Shown one piece after another: positions 20,108 to 29,582 of a DNA stretch of 44,375 bases. The notes beneath the pieces were generated by a model. The model saw only the letters and a list, made by a program, of their open reading frames with translations, did no database searches and was not told the DNA's origin. Location of the stretch: sequence record NC_019704.1; one strand, given 5' to 3'. Origin of the DNA: Enterobacteria phage mEp237. The stretch's first letter is position 1. Every line of letters begins with the position of its first letter. The translations under genes and the position numbers were made by a program.

Positions 20108-21511
20108 ATGCTTTATAACACCGGCACCATCGCCATTAATGGAAATACCGCCACCGGGACGGGTACAAACTGGACGGCACCGGCCAGCCAGGTCCGCGCT
20201 GGCCAGACGATTATCGTGATGTCTAACCCGGTGCAGCTGTTTCAGATTTCATCCGTGAACAGCGCCACGTCTTTGACGGTTACGCCAGTTGCTTCCCCGG
20301 CGCTGAGCGGCCAGAAGTATGGAATCCTTGTGTCAGACAATATCTCAGTCGACGGCCTGGCGCAGGCCATGTCTCAGCTCATCAAAGAGTATGACGAGAA
20401 TATCGGCGCATGGGAGACGTTCGCCACAACCTCAGCCAACCAGAACATTACCGTTACGATCAATGGCACCAGTTTATCAATCCCGGCTCTTGGGAAATTA
20501 CTGCAGAAGGGGGGCAACGGAGCTTTGCCGGTTAATCAAGGTGGTACCGGCGCAACGAATGCCGCAGACGCTCGCACAAACCTCGGTTTAGGCACATTCG
20601 TTACCCAGGAAGATCAGAGCATCGTCTATGGCCCGTCGCTGGATCATGCGCTTGTCGTACGAAAAGACGAATGGGGCGTCGTTGTTTCGGATAATGGTAA
20701 TCCGGTACCACTCGGAACCCGTTATGGCGGAACGGGGGCAAAAACACCTTTTGATGCAGCAACAAATCTGCAAACCATTAGATCCCTGACATATAGATTT
20801 GGCCCAGGAATGGACCCTACGTCAATATCATTTAAAAACACATCAGCATTTATAGTAGGACAGCAGGGCTATGGTCCTATCGGCGCTTTTCTGGATATCA
20901 CATCTTTCGATAATTCTGCAAGGATGCAGCTCTACGGGTGCTATGACTCACAAATGTTCCCGGGTAAAAATGCACTTGCCTACGCAACGTATAACCCAAA
21001 CGACCGTACCTGGTACCCAATTGCATTTGTAAGGGACACATCGAATACAACTGTCGATTCGAACGGTTTCATTAAATCAGCATCTCCAATAGTCAACGTT
21101 TATGGTGATGGGCGATACGAAACTAACGATGAATCAGAAGGGGTAAGAGTCACACGTCTGGATGTGGGGCAATACTACATTGAGGGATGTCAGGCGCTCA
21201 ATTCTGACGCTGCATGGGGCGGTATTGACGGAGGTTTTGAGATTCCCACTGACAGGAATAAGCAACCGCTGATATGGCTGGATTACGAGGTTAACGCCGA
21301 CGGCTCTGTGCTGGTAAAAACCTATCACCGCGAGCATCCTTCAGCGCCAGCATTTGCCAGGAATGAGCGCGCTGGATTGGCAGATGGCGAGCCGGTTGAC
21401 ATCCCGGCTGATCAGTTCGTCAGCGTTCGTGTAGAAATGCCAGCGAGTAGCATCTGGAATCAGAAACAGAAACAAACGGAAGAGGCTTTAAAGCAGGAAC
21501 AGGGGTCTTAA
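20108..21511 (+). CDS. Putative side tail fibre protein
   Basis: ATG at 20108 with GGAG 5 nt upstream (track start 20093 is a TTG); Gly/Thr/Asn-rich N-terminal region typical of tail fibres; sits after J. Confidence 0.7.
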   Translation: MLYNTGTIAINGNTATGTGTNWTAPASQVRAGQTIIVMSNPVQLFQISSVNSATSLTVTPVASPALSGQKYGILVSDNISVDGLAQAMSQLIKEYDENIGAWETFATTSANQNITVTINGTSLSIPALGKLLQKGGNGALPVNQGGTGATNAADARTNLGLGTFVTQEDQSIVYGPSLDHALVVRKDEWGVVVSDNGNPVPLGTRYGGTGAKTPFDAATNLQTIRSLTYRFGPGMDPTSISFKNTSAFIVGQQGYGPIGAFLDITSFDNSARMQLYGCYDSQMFPGKNALAYATYNPNDRTWYPIAFVRDTSNTTVDSNGFIKSASPIVNVYGDGRYETNDESEGVRVTRLDVGQYYIEGCQALNSDAAWGGIDGGFEIPTDRNKQPLIWLDYEVNADGSVLVKTYHREHPSAPAFARNERAGLADGEPVDIPADQFVSVRVEMPASSIWNQKQKQTEEALKQEQGS

Positions 21512-21515
21512 AAAA

Positions 21516-21552
21516 AACCGCCGTCCATTTTGTGTAAGAATGAGCGGCGGTT
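21516..21552 (-). terminator. Terminator-like hairpin downstream of the minus-strand DinI-like gene
   Basis: Stem AACCGCCG / CGGCGGTT with a long loop; on the minus strand it is followed by a T-run (plus-strand A8 at 21508-21515). Confidence 0.5.
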
Positions 21553-21606
21553 GATTGCTCAGTGTTCATGCCCGAGCAAACGCCGGGAATATTACCCGAA
21601 CAAGAT

Positions 21607-21873
21607 TTATAGGCCAACCTGGCGAACAGTCGGGAACTCTGAAACCAACCACATATCGGACTCTTCAAACATTTCCTCCAGCATGCGGTTCAGTTTTTCC
21701 CGATCGCTTTTGCTGGCATCGCTGTTTAAGCCGTTCGCCTGCATCGGCTTAACCTTCACTTCTGCATCCGGAAAGATCCGGTGCACTCGCTTTGTTAACT
21801 CATTCAGAATTATTTCTCTGGCACCTGTTAATCCTTCAACATTCCGTTTGTCGTACACCAACTCAACGAACAT
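21607..21873 (-). CDS. dinI: DinI-family protein (MsgA-like)
   Basis: Start MFVELVYDKRN with GGAGG upstream; resembles the remembered DinI-family MsgA sequence (KRVHRIFPDA); LexA box upstream. Confidence 0.8.
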   Translation of the reverse strand: MFVELVYDKRNVEGLTGAREIILNELTKRVHRIFPDAEVKVKPMQANGLNSDASKSDREKLNRMLEEMFEESDMWLVSEFPTVRQVGL

Positions 21874-21911
21874 ACCGCCTCCAAAGCAACAATGATTTTG
21901 CACGCAATTTA

Positions 21912-21930
21912 TACTGTTTATTTATACAGT
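21912..21930. promoter_or_regulatory. LexA (SOS) box upstream of the DinI-like gene
   Basis: TACTGTTTATTTATACAGT: perfect CTGT-N8-ACAG core (21914-21929), about 40 nt upstream of the start codon. Confidence 0.75.
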
Positions 21931-22125
21931 GTCAACGGTTGGGCACGTAGCTTTTTAAGGAAGGTTTTTGGGGCATGTATGGGGCATAAATGCCAGTTTT
22001 GGGGCATGGTTGGGACATTTTAACTCATATGAACTTAACCGAATTTCATATGGAGGCGTCTTATAATGCACTGATTAACCTAAAGAAAACACATGCTCTT
22101 GGGCGTTCTTTAGTGATTTTAAAAA

Positions 22126-22230
22126 TTACCGCGTCACGCAGTTAAAGTGACGGGCATACTCTTCAAGGCTGGTGATCCCCAACCGCACCCATTTAGGATG
22201 CGACCATTGCGGCAGACCGATGTAAATCAT
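22126..22230 (-). pseudogene. 5' fragment of a yecE-like (DUF72) host gene: 34 codons then stop
   Basis: Minus-strand translation [34 protein letters not shown] resembles a DUF72/YecE N-terminus (from memory) and ends prematurely. Confidence 0.55.
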
Positions 22231-22463
22231 AACGCGTGAAGGATCTCTTCCACGCTACGCACACGGGCGATGCGCGGGTAGATATGATTAATGCTGTTAT
22301 TGTGTTGCTCGGCGCTGGCGGCACTACAGGCGTCTTCGGCAATCACCAGATTAAAGCCAAGTTCCCAGGCATTGCGGGCGGTGGATTCAACACCGATATT
22401 GGTCGAGATCCCACATAACACAATTGTATCGATACCTCGGCGGCGTAACCGCACCTCGACCAT
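22227..22463 (-). pseudogene. 3' fragment of an isochorismatase-family hydrolase gene (yecD-like)
   Basis: 78-aa ORF with isochorismatase C-terminal signature ([28 protein letters not shown]...VIAEDACSA); no N-terminal half; reading frame broken just upstream. Confidence 0.65.
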
Positions 22464-22654
22464 ATTGCAGGATTTTACCGTTGGGTAATTTCATCCATCC
22501 ATCACCACTGGCAAAAAAAGCCATATCCGGTATCTGATTTTCCCCTGTTCCCACATCCCGTTTTGCCGCTTCTCCCAAACCAACCTTTCAAATATTTTTC
22601 TGAATCAGGTGATATTTCGCCTCTTCTCCTGTTTTTACAACAGGAGAAGCACTC

Positions 22655-23203
22655 ATGATTTACGGTTATGCCCGAGTATCAACAAACCACCAGGACACTG
22701 AATTGCAACTAACGGCGCTCAAGTCAGCTGGTTGTGAGAAAATTTTTGAAGAGCATGCCAGCGGGAGGAAATCGAATCGGCCGGTTCTAAAACGGCTGAT
22801 CGCCACTATGCAGCCGGGGGATGAACTGGTGGTCTGGAAGCTGGACAGGATAGGCCGCAACGTTCTGCATGCGCTGTTGATGTTCCAGCAGTTACAGGAA
22901 AAGGGTATCAACTTCCGCAGTATTACCGATGGCGTGGATCTCAAAACAGCCAGCGGCCGCTATAACTTTCGTAACATCCTTTCCGCAGCACAATATGAAT
23001 CTGATCTTAATAGCGAACGTACCTTAGCAGGGCTGGCCGTAGCCAGGGCAAAAGGGCGAGTTGGTGGTCGCAGGCCTAAGTTCACGGATGAGCAATGGCG
23101 GGAAATGGGGGAGCGGATGGCAACCGGTGAATCACGACAAAGCGTATCAAAAACGTATGGAGTAGGGCTCTCAACTCTGTATAAAAAGTTTCCAGCTAGC
23201 TGA
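22655..23203 (+). CDS. Serine recombinase, DNA invertase (Hin/Gin/Pin family)
   Basis: 182 aa; N-terminal YARVSTNHQ catalytic Ser motif, VVWKLDRIGRN, C-terminal HTH (GLSTLYKK); GGAG RBS. Confidence 0.92.
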   Translation: MIYGYARVSTNHQDTELQLTALKSAGCEKIFEEHASGRKSNRPVLKRLIATMQPGDELVVWKLDRIGRNVLHALLMFQQLQEKGINFRSITDGVDLKTASGRYNFRNILSAAQYESDLNSERTLAGLAVARAKGRVGGRRPKFTDEQWREMGERMATGESRQSVSKTYGVGLSTLYKKFPAS

Positions 23204-23478
23204 TAACGGGAAAGAAACAGAGAAGGGCACAAATATTGTGTACTTTAATGTGCCCTTTAATTTATTGATTGGTGGTTGAATTGTCCGTAACTTTTTGATT
23301 TAAGTGCAAATTTCTAATAAATTAGAACACTTTCTTAAATTGTCATTTGGCATATTACGAACAATTCCGCGTAAAAACGTTCTGTTACGCTAAACCCTTA
23401 TCCAGTAGGCTTTCAAGGATGTAAACCATAACACTCTGCGAACTAGTGTTACATTGCGTGTAGCTTTGAGTGGGCAAC

Positions 23479-23519
23479 TTTGTGTACACTTTTGTGTACC
23501 CAAAAACAAAAATGTGTAC
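23479..23519. repeat. Three direct repeats of TTTGTGTAC / ATGTGTAC just upstream of int (candidate integrase arm sites)
   Basis: TGTGTAC at 23481-23487, 23494-23500 and 23513-23519; a fourth copy at 23237-23243. Confidence 0.5.
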
Positions 23520-23526
23520 CCATTCA

Positions 23527-24720
23527 ATGATCACCGACACAAAGCTCAGGAAGGCGCTCGGCAAGAAAAGAGATGATATCGAGATTATTTCTGATTCGCA
23601 CGGGCTCAACGCCAGAATCAGCCAGGCCGGAAAAATATCATTTTTCTATCGGTATCGCTGGGCCGGTAAAGCGGTAAAACTCAATGTTGGTGATTATCCT
23701 GCAATGAGTATCACCCAGGCAAGAGAGCGTCGCCAACAATTCAGAAACTGGTTAACTGAGGGACTGGATCCGCGAGAGCAGGTGAAGCTGGATAAGCAGA
23801 CCCGACAGGAAGCGATGTCCGTTGCCGAAGCGTTCAATTACTGGATTGAAAGGCACTGTATCGCTAACGGGCTAGTTAAAGTCGATTACTATCGCCAGGT
23901 GTTTGAGAAACATATCGCCGAACCGATGAAGAATGTCAAAGTCGATAACACAGCGAAAATGCACTGGATCAACGTCTTCGATTCTATAGAAAGCAGGGTG
24001 ATGGCTCATTACATGCTTTCGCTGTGCAAACGGGCGTTTAGGTTCTGCGTTAACAGAAGTGTGATCGCCTCAAACCCACTCGAGGGATTACTGCCATCTG
24101 ATGTCGGGCAAAAGCCTAAAAAGAGAACTCGCAGGATGGACGATGACGATCTGCGCAAAATCTATCAGTGGTTGAAAAGCCATATGTCGATAGAGTCCGT
24201 TTTCCTGGTGAAATTTATTATGCTTACCGGATGCCGTACGGCTGAGATTCGACTTAGTGAGAGATCATGGTTTCGATTGGATGATAATGAGTGGGTCGTG
24301 CCTGCGGGCAGTTATAAAACTCGGGTACATATTAGAAGGGGACTCTCAGACGCCGCCGTTAACCTGGTCAGAAATCACCTCAAGAAAATAAACACCAATC
24401 ACCTGGTGACTTCACAACGTAAAATTGATGGCGGGATCAAAGATTCGCCCGTTCATTCACCTGTGGCATCCAATTACGCCCGTTCTATTTGGAATGGAAC
24501 AGGTATGGCAGAGTGGTCGCTTCATGATATGAGGCGGACGATAGCCACAAATCTCTCTGAGTTAGGTTGCCCGCCGCACGTAATTGAAAAGCTGCTCGGG
24601 CATCAGATGGTGGGGGTTATGGCGCATTACAACCTTCATGACTATATCGATGATCAGAAACACTGGCTCCGCGTTTGGCAGAGCCATCTTGAAGAGATCA
24701 TCGGAGAGCCCTTCAGTTAA
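23527..24720 (+). CDS. int: Tyrosine integrase (P4-like phage integrase family)
   Basis: Start MITDTKLRK typical of P4-like integrases; C-terminal catalytic region (HDMRRT..., LLGHQ...HYNLHDY); track start 23470 and ATG 23512 are alternatives. Confidence 0.92.
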
Positions 24721-24959
24721 TTTATCTTCTTTTTATCCTCCCACTCTTTGATTGACTCAGAGCGCCAGCGGTTAGGGTTGCCGGGCCAGTCAGGGGGTGG
24801 GAACGGGCATACGAAGCCCCGAGGCATTGTGTCTGCACTTTGCCATGACCAAAGGGTTTTGCGTGAAATTTTGTAGCGACTGGTCAGGTCTGACGTTACC
24901 AAAATATCATCCATAGCTCTCTCCAGTTGCCCGTTCGGGCCATTCAAAATCTTTTTCAA
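24717..24959 (-). CDS. Excisionase / AlpA-like DNA-binding protein
   Basis: Pattern ...[10 protein letters not shown]...[11 protein letters not shown]... resembles Xis/AlpA; ATGA coupling to the upstream ORF; internal start at 24914 with GGAGAG RBS is an alternative. Confidence 0.6.
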
Positions 24960-25198
24960 CCAACCTGCCCGGGCAGGGAGCGGAGACGGCGCATGCCGGT
25001 CATCGCTGTGGCCACGTAGCTCGCCTTTCGGTTCACCACCTCCACCCAGACTTTCACGCCTTCAACCTTCACCGTATAAGTCTCTTTCATCTTGCTTCGC
25101 CCATAGTCGCCATATGTTTGCAAGTGAGCTGCCAGCGCGATGTCGCATGCTTGGCGAGCTAAAGGTGATTGCTTACTTCCTCGATTGATCAGTCGCAT
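24956..25198 (-). CDS. Hypothetical protein
   Basis: 80-aa ORF in the minus-strand early operon, translationally coupled to the downstream gene. Confidence 0.45.
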   Translation of the reverse strand: MRLINRGSKQSPLARQACDIALAAHLQTYGDYGRSKMKETYTVKVEGVKVWVEVVNRKASYVATAMTGMRRLRSLPGQVG

Positions 25199-25236
25199 AT
25201 AATCTCCTTGAGGGAGGGTTACCCCTCCCGGTTTCG

Positions 25237-26355
25237 TCAGGCCACGTATTCCGGTTTCATATCCGCCAGGGTGATGCTGAATTGATCGTGCAGTTCATCG
25301 CCTAAGTGACGCTTTGAAGATGCAAGCATGCGCTCGGCTTCAGCGAACCGTTCGGCTGCATGCGGCTCGTCGGGCTGGGGCAGGGATTTAATAGCCTCCT
25401 CAACCTTGTTGCGTGCATCCACTAGGTAATAACGCTTTACGGCTTTGTTTTTCAGCTCGGTGAATAGTGCGGATCCCAGCGTAGCTTTCGCCGTTTCAAT
25501 GTCGGCACGCAGCGATTTGGCGCTATCCACGTCCTGAGCAGATTCGATGCGTTCGCGGAAATCATCGGCAAGAGAGTCGACATTTACCGACGATTCCTGT
25601 GCGCTTTGCGTGGTTGTGACGGTGTCACCTGAGATATCAGCCAGGCTAACGCGTTGCGGCGTTGGGTTGATCTCTTTTTCTGTGCGCTGTTCAATCTCAT
25701 CAGGGGTGTACACACCAAGAACAACTGCAGGGCAATACAGGCGCGCCCAGTATTTGAGTGCCAGATAAGCGATCTGCTGTTTCGGGTTTGATACCCAAAG
25801 TGGAGAATTACGTGTGATTACGCTGGAGAGGAAAACAGGCTCTCCCCAGGTGATATCACTTTCACCGCGAATAACGGCACCTACCCGTACCGACAGTCCT
25901 TGTTCATCAGCACTTTCCCAACCGCGTACCATTTCTTTCTTGTCGTACGTCCCGCCACCTTTCGCAGGCTTTTTAACGGTTATCTCGCGGCTGCTGGCAC
26001 ATTTCGACCAGTCGCCCTCGTACTCATAGTGAAAGCGGCCAACGATGGCGTTTGAGCTGGAGATCACCGCATTAACCAGTTGCGCTTCGTATCCCAGGAC
26101 ACCGTTAACCAGGTGCGTCTTTTGCGCCACGGCGTAAGGGTTCATACCCCACTGCATCGCCTGCATGATGATGGCCATGCAGTCTGCCGGATTGCCGCGG
26201 AGGTGCTCAGGCACCGTTACGGCTGCCTGTGCCATCAACCCGGCGACAGACTGAAGCTGGGTTAAAGCCTGCACGTTGAAAATGGCATTGCTGGCTGAGA
26301 TCGTGTTTGGAGTCTGCTGCTCAGCGGTTACGATATTCGTGTTTTCCATCATCAT
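25237..26355 (-). CDS. Putative single-strand annealing protein (RecT-like; family uncertain)
   Basis: 372-aa ORF directly downstream of the RecE-like exonuclease gene; called by position and general character, not by a recognised motif. Confidence 0.55.
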   Translation of the reverse strand: MMMENTNIVTAEQQTPNTISASNAIFNVQALTQLQSVAGLMAQAAVTVPEHLRGNPADCMAIIMQAMQWGMNPYAVAQKTHLVNGVLGYEAQLVNAVISSSNAIVGRFHYEYEGDWSKCASSREITVKKPAKGGGTYDKKEMVRGWESADEQGLSVRVGAVIRGESDITWGEPVFLSSVITRNSPLWVSNPKQQIAYLALKYWARLYCPAVVLGVYTPDEIEQRTEKEINPTPQRVSLADISGDTVTTTQSAQESSVNVDSLADDFRERIESAQDVDSAKSLRADIETAKATLGSALFTELKNKAVKRYYLVDARNKVEEAIKSLPQPDEPHAAERFAEAERMLASSKRHLGDELHDQFSITLADMKPEYVA

Positions 26356-26360
26356 TCCCC

Positions 26361-29270
26361 TTATGCCTGAGTACGCAGCGCTTCAAGGCGGCGCAGGTCG
26401 AAGTCGTTCAGTTCGTCGGTGTAGTCAGCAGTGATTGGCGCTGGCCATTCACCTGTGTCGAATCCGGTTGCGATATTGCGCATCGCTTTGCGGTACTCGA
26501 GCATACCCAGCTCCAGTAGTTCAGCGGATGCCTCGATGATGGCGATCCAGTGGTAGTTCTCGTCTTTGTTGACGAAAATCCAGAAGAACTGATCCAGCGC
26601 TGCGGTTTCGCAGTACATAGCCGCGCTCAGGTGATAATCACGTTCAATAATTTCCCGGTGTAGCCTGGCGCGCAGGCTTTCCTGCTTAACATTCCACATG
26701 CTGATGGTTTTCAGGTCTGCACCTATACGCACGCCATCCAGGTCGATCTCAAGGTCAGGGCGCACACGAACTTCCAAGCCCGTCTCCTCGTCAAAACCAA
26801 AGTAGCTCACCTCAACGGCTCGGCTAGGGTGGGTCAGCAGCATGCCGGCGGTCGGGTGTGCCAGAAGCGCTTTTTGAATATTCAGCGCGGTGCTCAGCTG
26901 CTGGCGGGTGACCAGCACTTTTCCTTCCGGGTTATCGCGCCAGGCATCCAGCAGTTCGTCGGCAAATACGGCATCTGGTTTGACTGCCTTCACGGCCTGG
27001 ATCATGTCTGCTTTGGTACCGGACACTTTCAGTGGTGCCGGTTTCTGTGCTTCCTGAGCCACAAGGTCAGGGTTGATGATTGCCAACTGCTCCAGCAGCG
27101 CGTCACGGCTGCCGCTGGTTTTAACCGGCGGCGGCAGGGTGGCGTTGTACTCTTTAATGCATGCCTTCATTGCCGTCGCCGTCTGCTTCTGGTCACCATC
27201 AATACGCTGGAAGTCAGCTGGCAGCGCCATATAGTTCTGTGCCGTTTCTTCCAGGTTAGCGCCAAGCGGAACCTGCGGCGGCAGGGTGGCGTTGTACTCT
27301 TCCAGTAACACCTTGATGTCGTCGGCAGACAGCAGCGCCGGCAGGCTGGCATTGTGCTCATCGATAAAGGCGCGCAGGGTCGCGGCCGTTGTGAATGCGC
27401 CTTCAGGGATCACCGGTTCAACGCTGAATTCTGCGTCCAGTAGTTCAGGCTGCAACGCCAGCGCATGCACCAAGTTGCCCATGTCCAGCACCGCTGAGCG
27501 CTCTTTGACGATGGTTTTCTCTACGTGGCGCGCATTGAAGTACATCAGCGAAACGCGCGCATCTTTCACCTGGGTTGAGCTGATGCCGTTGGCGGCGTGG
27601 TAAACCTCGTTTGGCAGCCCTTCATAGCGGCCTGGCTCGAAATAAGCGGGATAAACAACAGCTGGTTCGTCAGATTGCGCTTCTGGCTCGGTTTGTGCTG
27701 CAACTGGTTCGGTTTGGCTTACAGAATCGCTATTTTTGGCGACAGAATCCGTATTCTGGTTTACATCGTCCTTCTGGCCGGGATGTGACTCTTCACCAGA
27801 CTCCAGACTGCTTTCGCCTGGCTGTACTTCATCACCAGCTTGTTTTTCATCACTGACAGTTTCTTGAACCTGCACATTGCTGGTGGTCTCCGTAGCCTTT
27901 TTCGTGCCATGAGTTGCTGAGTTCTGCAGCAAAGCCGTAACGTCGAATATTCCGTTGCCGACATTTTTAACCAGTTCTTGTTCGACTTTCTGCGGTTGTG
28001 CTGCCGCTTCCTCTGCGCGGCGGCGTGCTCCTTCTTCACGCACGCGTTGCAGGTTCTCTTCGTGAGTGCAGAAGGATTTGCGCGGAGACTCCTTACCTTC
28101 AGGTTGGGGAATTTCCTGTGTTGCGGGTTCAGCCTCATGCAACGGCAATAACTCGACCGCGGAATTGAACGCGGCTGTCATGGTCTGGTTAACAAATTCC
28201 AGGTGAGCGACAGGAGTTAAATGAATATTTTCCGGTGCGATACGTACCAGGTTAAAAATAGCCGTGCGGTTAACACCCAGAACGCCTGGCTGATTGCGCA
28301 GGATGTTGCTCCATGATTTCCATGGTTCTTCTTTTTTGGTCACGATTTCTTTAGCGCGACGAAGAATGCTGCCCGGGATCTCGAAGTGGTTGAAGTCCAT
28401 AGGCAGAAGGGCACACGCAATCTCTAAATCGAGAGTGTCCAGTGTGTGGTGTGCGTCAGGTCCACGGTCAGTGACGTAACCGCCGTCGGCATTAGTGCCG
28501 GAATCAGTACGCTGCACACTACTGATGCGATTACCGGCGGCCCATTCACGCGCCAGGATGCCACGGTCAATGTAATCAGTCGCCGCCCACATTCTGGTGA
28601 AACGGAGTACCAGCGCGAGTTCGTGACGCTTGTCCTGGCTGAACACTTTGCGAATGGCATCGGTGTAGCGCCACAGGTCTTTGGTGTCGTAACCCTTCAC
28701 TTCCGGGCAGTTCTCAGCAGCTAACAGCAAGTTCTGGACGTAACTGTTATCAGTGTCCATCTCCAGCGCGCCGATAGCTTCGTACTCTTCGTGGGTTACG
28801 TGGTGGCGCAGTTCGTCGGCGGTGAACTGGGAAAGCAGTTGCTTACGAAACGGCATCTGCACTACCGGGTAGAGGGTTGAGTCGTCGTCGTGTTCGTCCA
28901 GCGTGATGCCAGCGGTTTCTGGCAGCGTTGACTCAGTAGTTATGTGACTATCAACGGTCTGAGCCGTTTTCTCGTCAGAGTTTTCAGCTGTGACTTTTGG
29001 CAGCCAGGTGCGGTCATCGTTCTGCAGTTCGTAGCGTTCGCACCAGGTGTAATCCACTGCGCCTTCTTCCGGCAGGTCGTCATATACCGGGAAATCGGTG
29101 CGGATTGGTTTGGCATAATCTTTACCGCGGCCAGTTTCTTCAATTCCGGCTTCTTCCAGTGCCACATCGAGTTGGAGATTGGCGCGCGCTACACTTTTCG
29201 CAGTGAACCAAATCACTGCATCTTTCTTACCAGACTTCTGACTGGCTTTTATCAGATGGAAAAATTCCAT
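26361..29270 (-). CDS. recE: RecE-like exonuclease (exodeoxyribonuclease VIII type) with C-terminal PD-(D/E)XK domain
   Basis: 969 aa; C-terminal nuclease-like region (VRVRPDLEIDLDG...ADLKT); acidic repetitive linker; paired with the downstream annealing-protein candidate. Confidence 0.75.
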   Translation of the reverse strand: MEFFHLIKASQKSGKKDAVIWFTAKSVARANLQLDVALEEAGIEETGRGKDYAKPIRTDFPVYDDLPEEGAVDYTWCERYELQNDDRTWLPKVTAENSDEKTAQTVDSHITTESTLPETAGITLDEHDDDSTLYPVVQMPFRKQLLSQFTADELRHHVTHEEYEAIGALEMDTDNSYVQNLLLAAENCPEVKGYDTKDLWRYTDAIRKVFSQDKRHELALVLRFTRMWAATDYIDRGILAREWAAGNRISSVQRTDSGTNADGGYVTDRGPDAHHTLDTLDLEIACALLPMDFNHFEIPGSILRRAKEIVTKKEEPWKSWSNILRNQPGVLGVNRTAIFNLVRIAPENIHLTPVAHLEFVNQTMTAAFNSAVELLPLHEAEPATQEIPQPEGKESPRKSFCTHEENLQRVREEGARRRAEEAAAQPQKVEQELVKNVGNGIFDVTALLQNSATHGTKKATETTSNVQVQETVSDEKQAGDEVQPGESSLESGEESHPGQKDDVNQNTDSVAKNSDSVSQTEPVAAQTEPEAQSDEPAVVYPAYFEPGRYEGLPNEVYHAANGISSTQVKDARVSLMYFNARHVEKTIVKERSAVLDMGNLVHALALQPELLDAEFSVEPVIPEGAFTTAATLRAFIDEHNASLPALLSADDIKVLLEEYNATLPPQVPLGANLEETAQNYMALPADFQRIDGDQKQTATAMKACIKEYNATLPPPVKTSGSRDALLEQLAIINPDLVAQEAQKPAPLKVSGTKADMIQAVKAVKPDAVFADELLDAWRDNPEGKVLVTRQQLSTALNIQKALLAHPTAGMLLTHPSRAVEVSYFGFDEETGLEVRVRPDLEIDLDGVRIGADLKTISMWNVKQESLRARLHREIIERDYHLSAAMYCETAALDQFFWIFVNKDENYHWIAIIEASAELLELGMLEYRKAMRNIATGFDTGEWPAPITADYTDELNDFDLRRLEALRTQA

Positions 29271-29403
29271 GTGAGATCCTCTTTTTTGGGTGTTAGAATC
29301 CCCGGACCATTGATAGCGCCCATTGGGTTAACTTTGGTTTTAATGTTGTTTCCGGTGTAACTTTGGTCGGTACCACCGGACGTAGATCCCGCCTTGCGCG
29401 GGT

Positions 29404-29571
29404 TTTACGTTAGCCTTCGTGAGCCATCTGGTCGTGCGAAGCGCAACGTTTGGAGCAATACTCTTTTTCTTTGCGCGCCAGCTGTGAGCCGTTGCGATAG
29501 AGAAGGGTGCTCTTGATTACTTCCTCCGTTTTAACCGGCTTGCCGCAATATCCGCATTTCTTGTCTAACAT
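29404..29571 (-). CDS. Small hypothetical protein (55 aa, one CxxC pair)
   Basis: Hand-translated MLDKKCGYCGKPVKTEEVIK...; GGAGGA RBS 4-9 nt upstream; below the ORF-track length cutoff. Confidence 0.4.
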
Positions 29572-29582
29572 GACATCCTCCG

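Noticed and set aside
22387-22578. 63-aa minus-strand ORF upstream of the isochorismatase fragment, considered as the N-terminal continuation of that gene
   Set aside because: Its translation does not resemble the isochorismatase-family middle region and it is in a different frame; the host-like homology seems to begin only near 22465.
22560-22600. Possible hix/gix-type invertase crossover site (AAACC...CCTTT) upstream of the invertase gene
   Set aside because: Only a half-match to the AAACC-NN-GGTTT core and no inverted partner copy flanking a candidate invertible segment; not convincing without a search.
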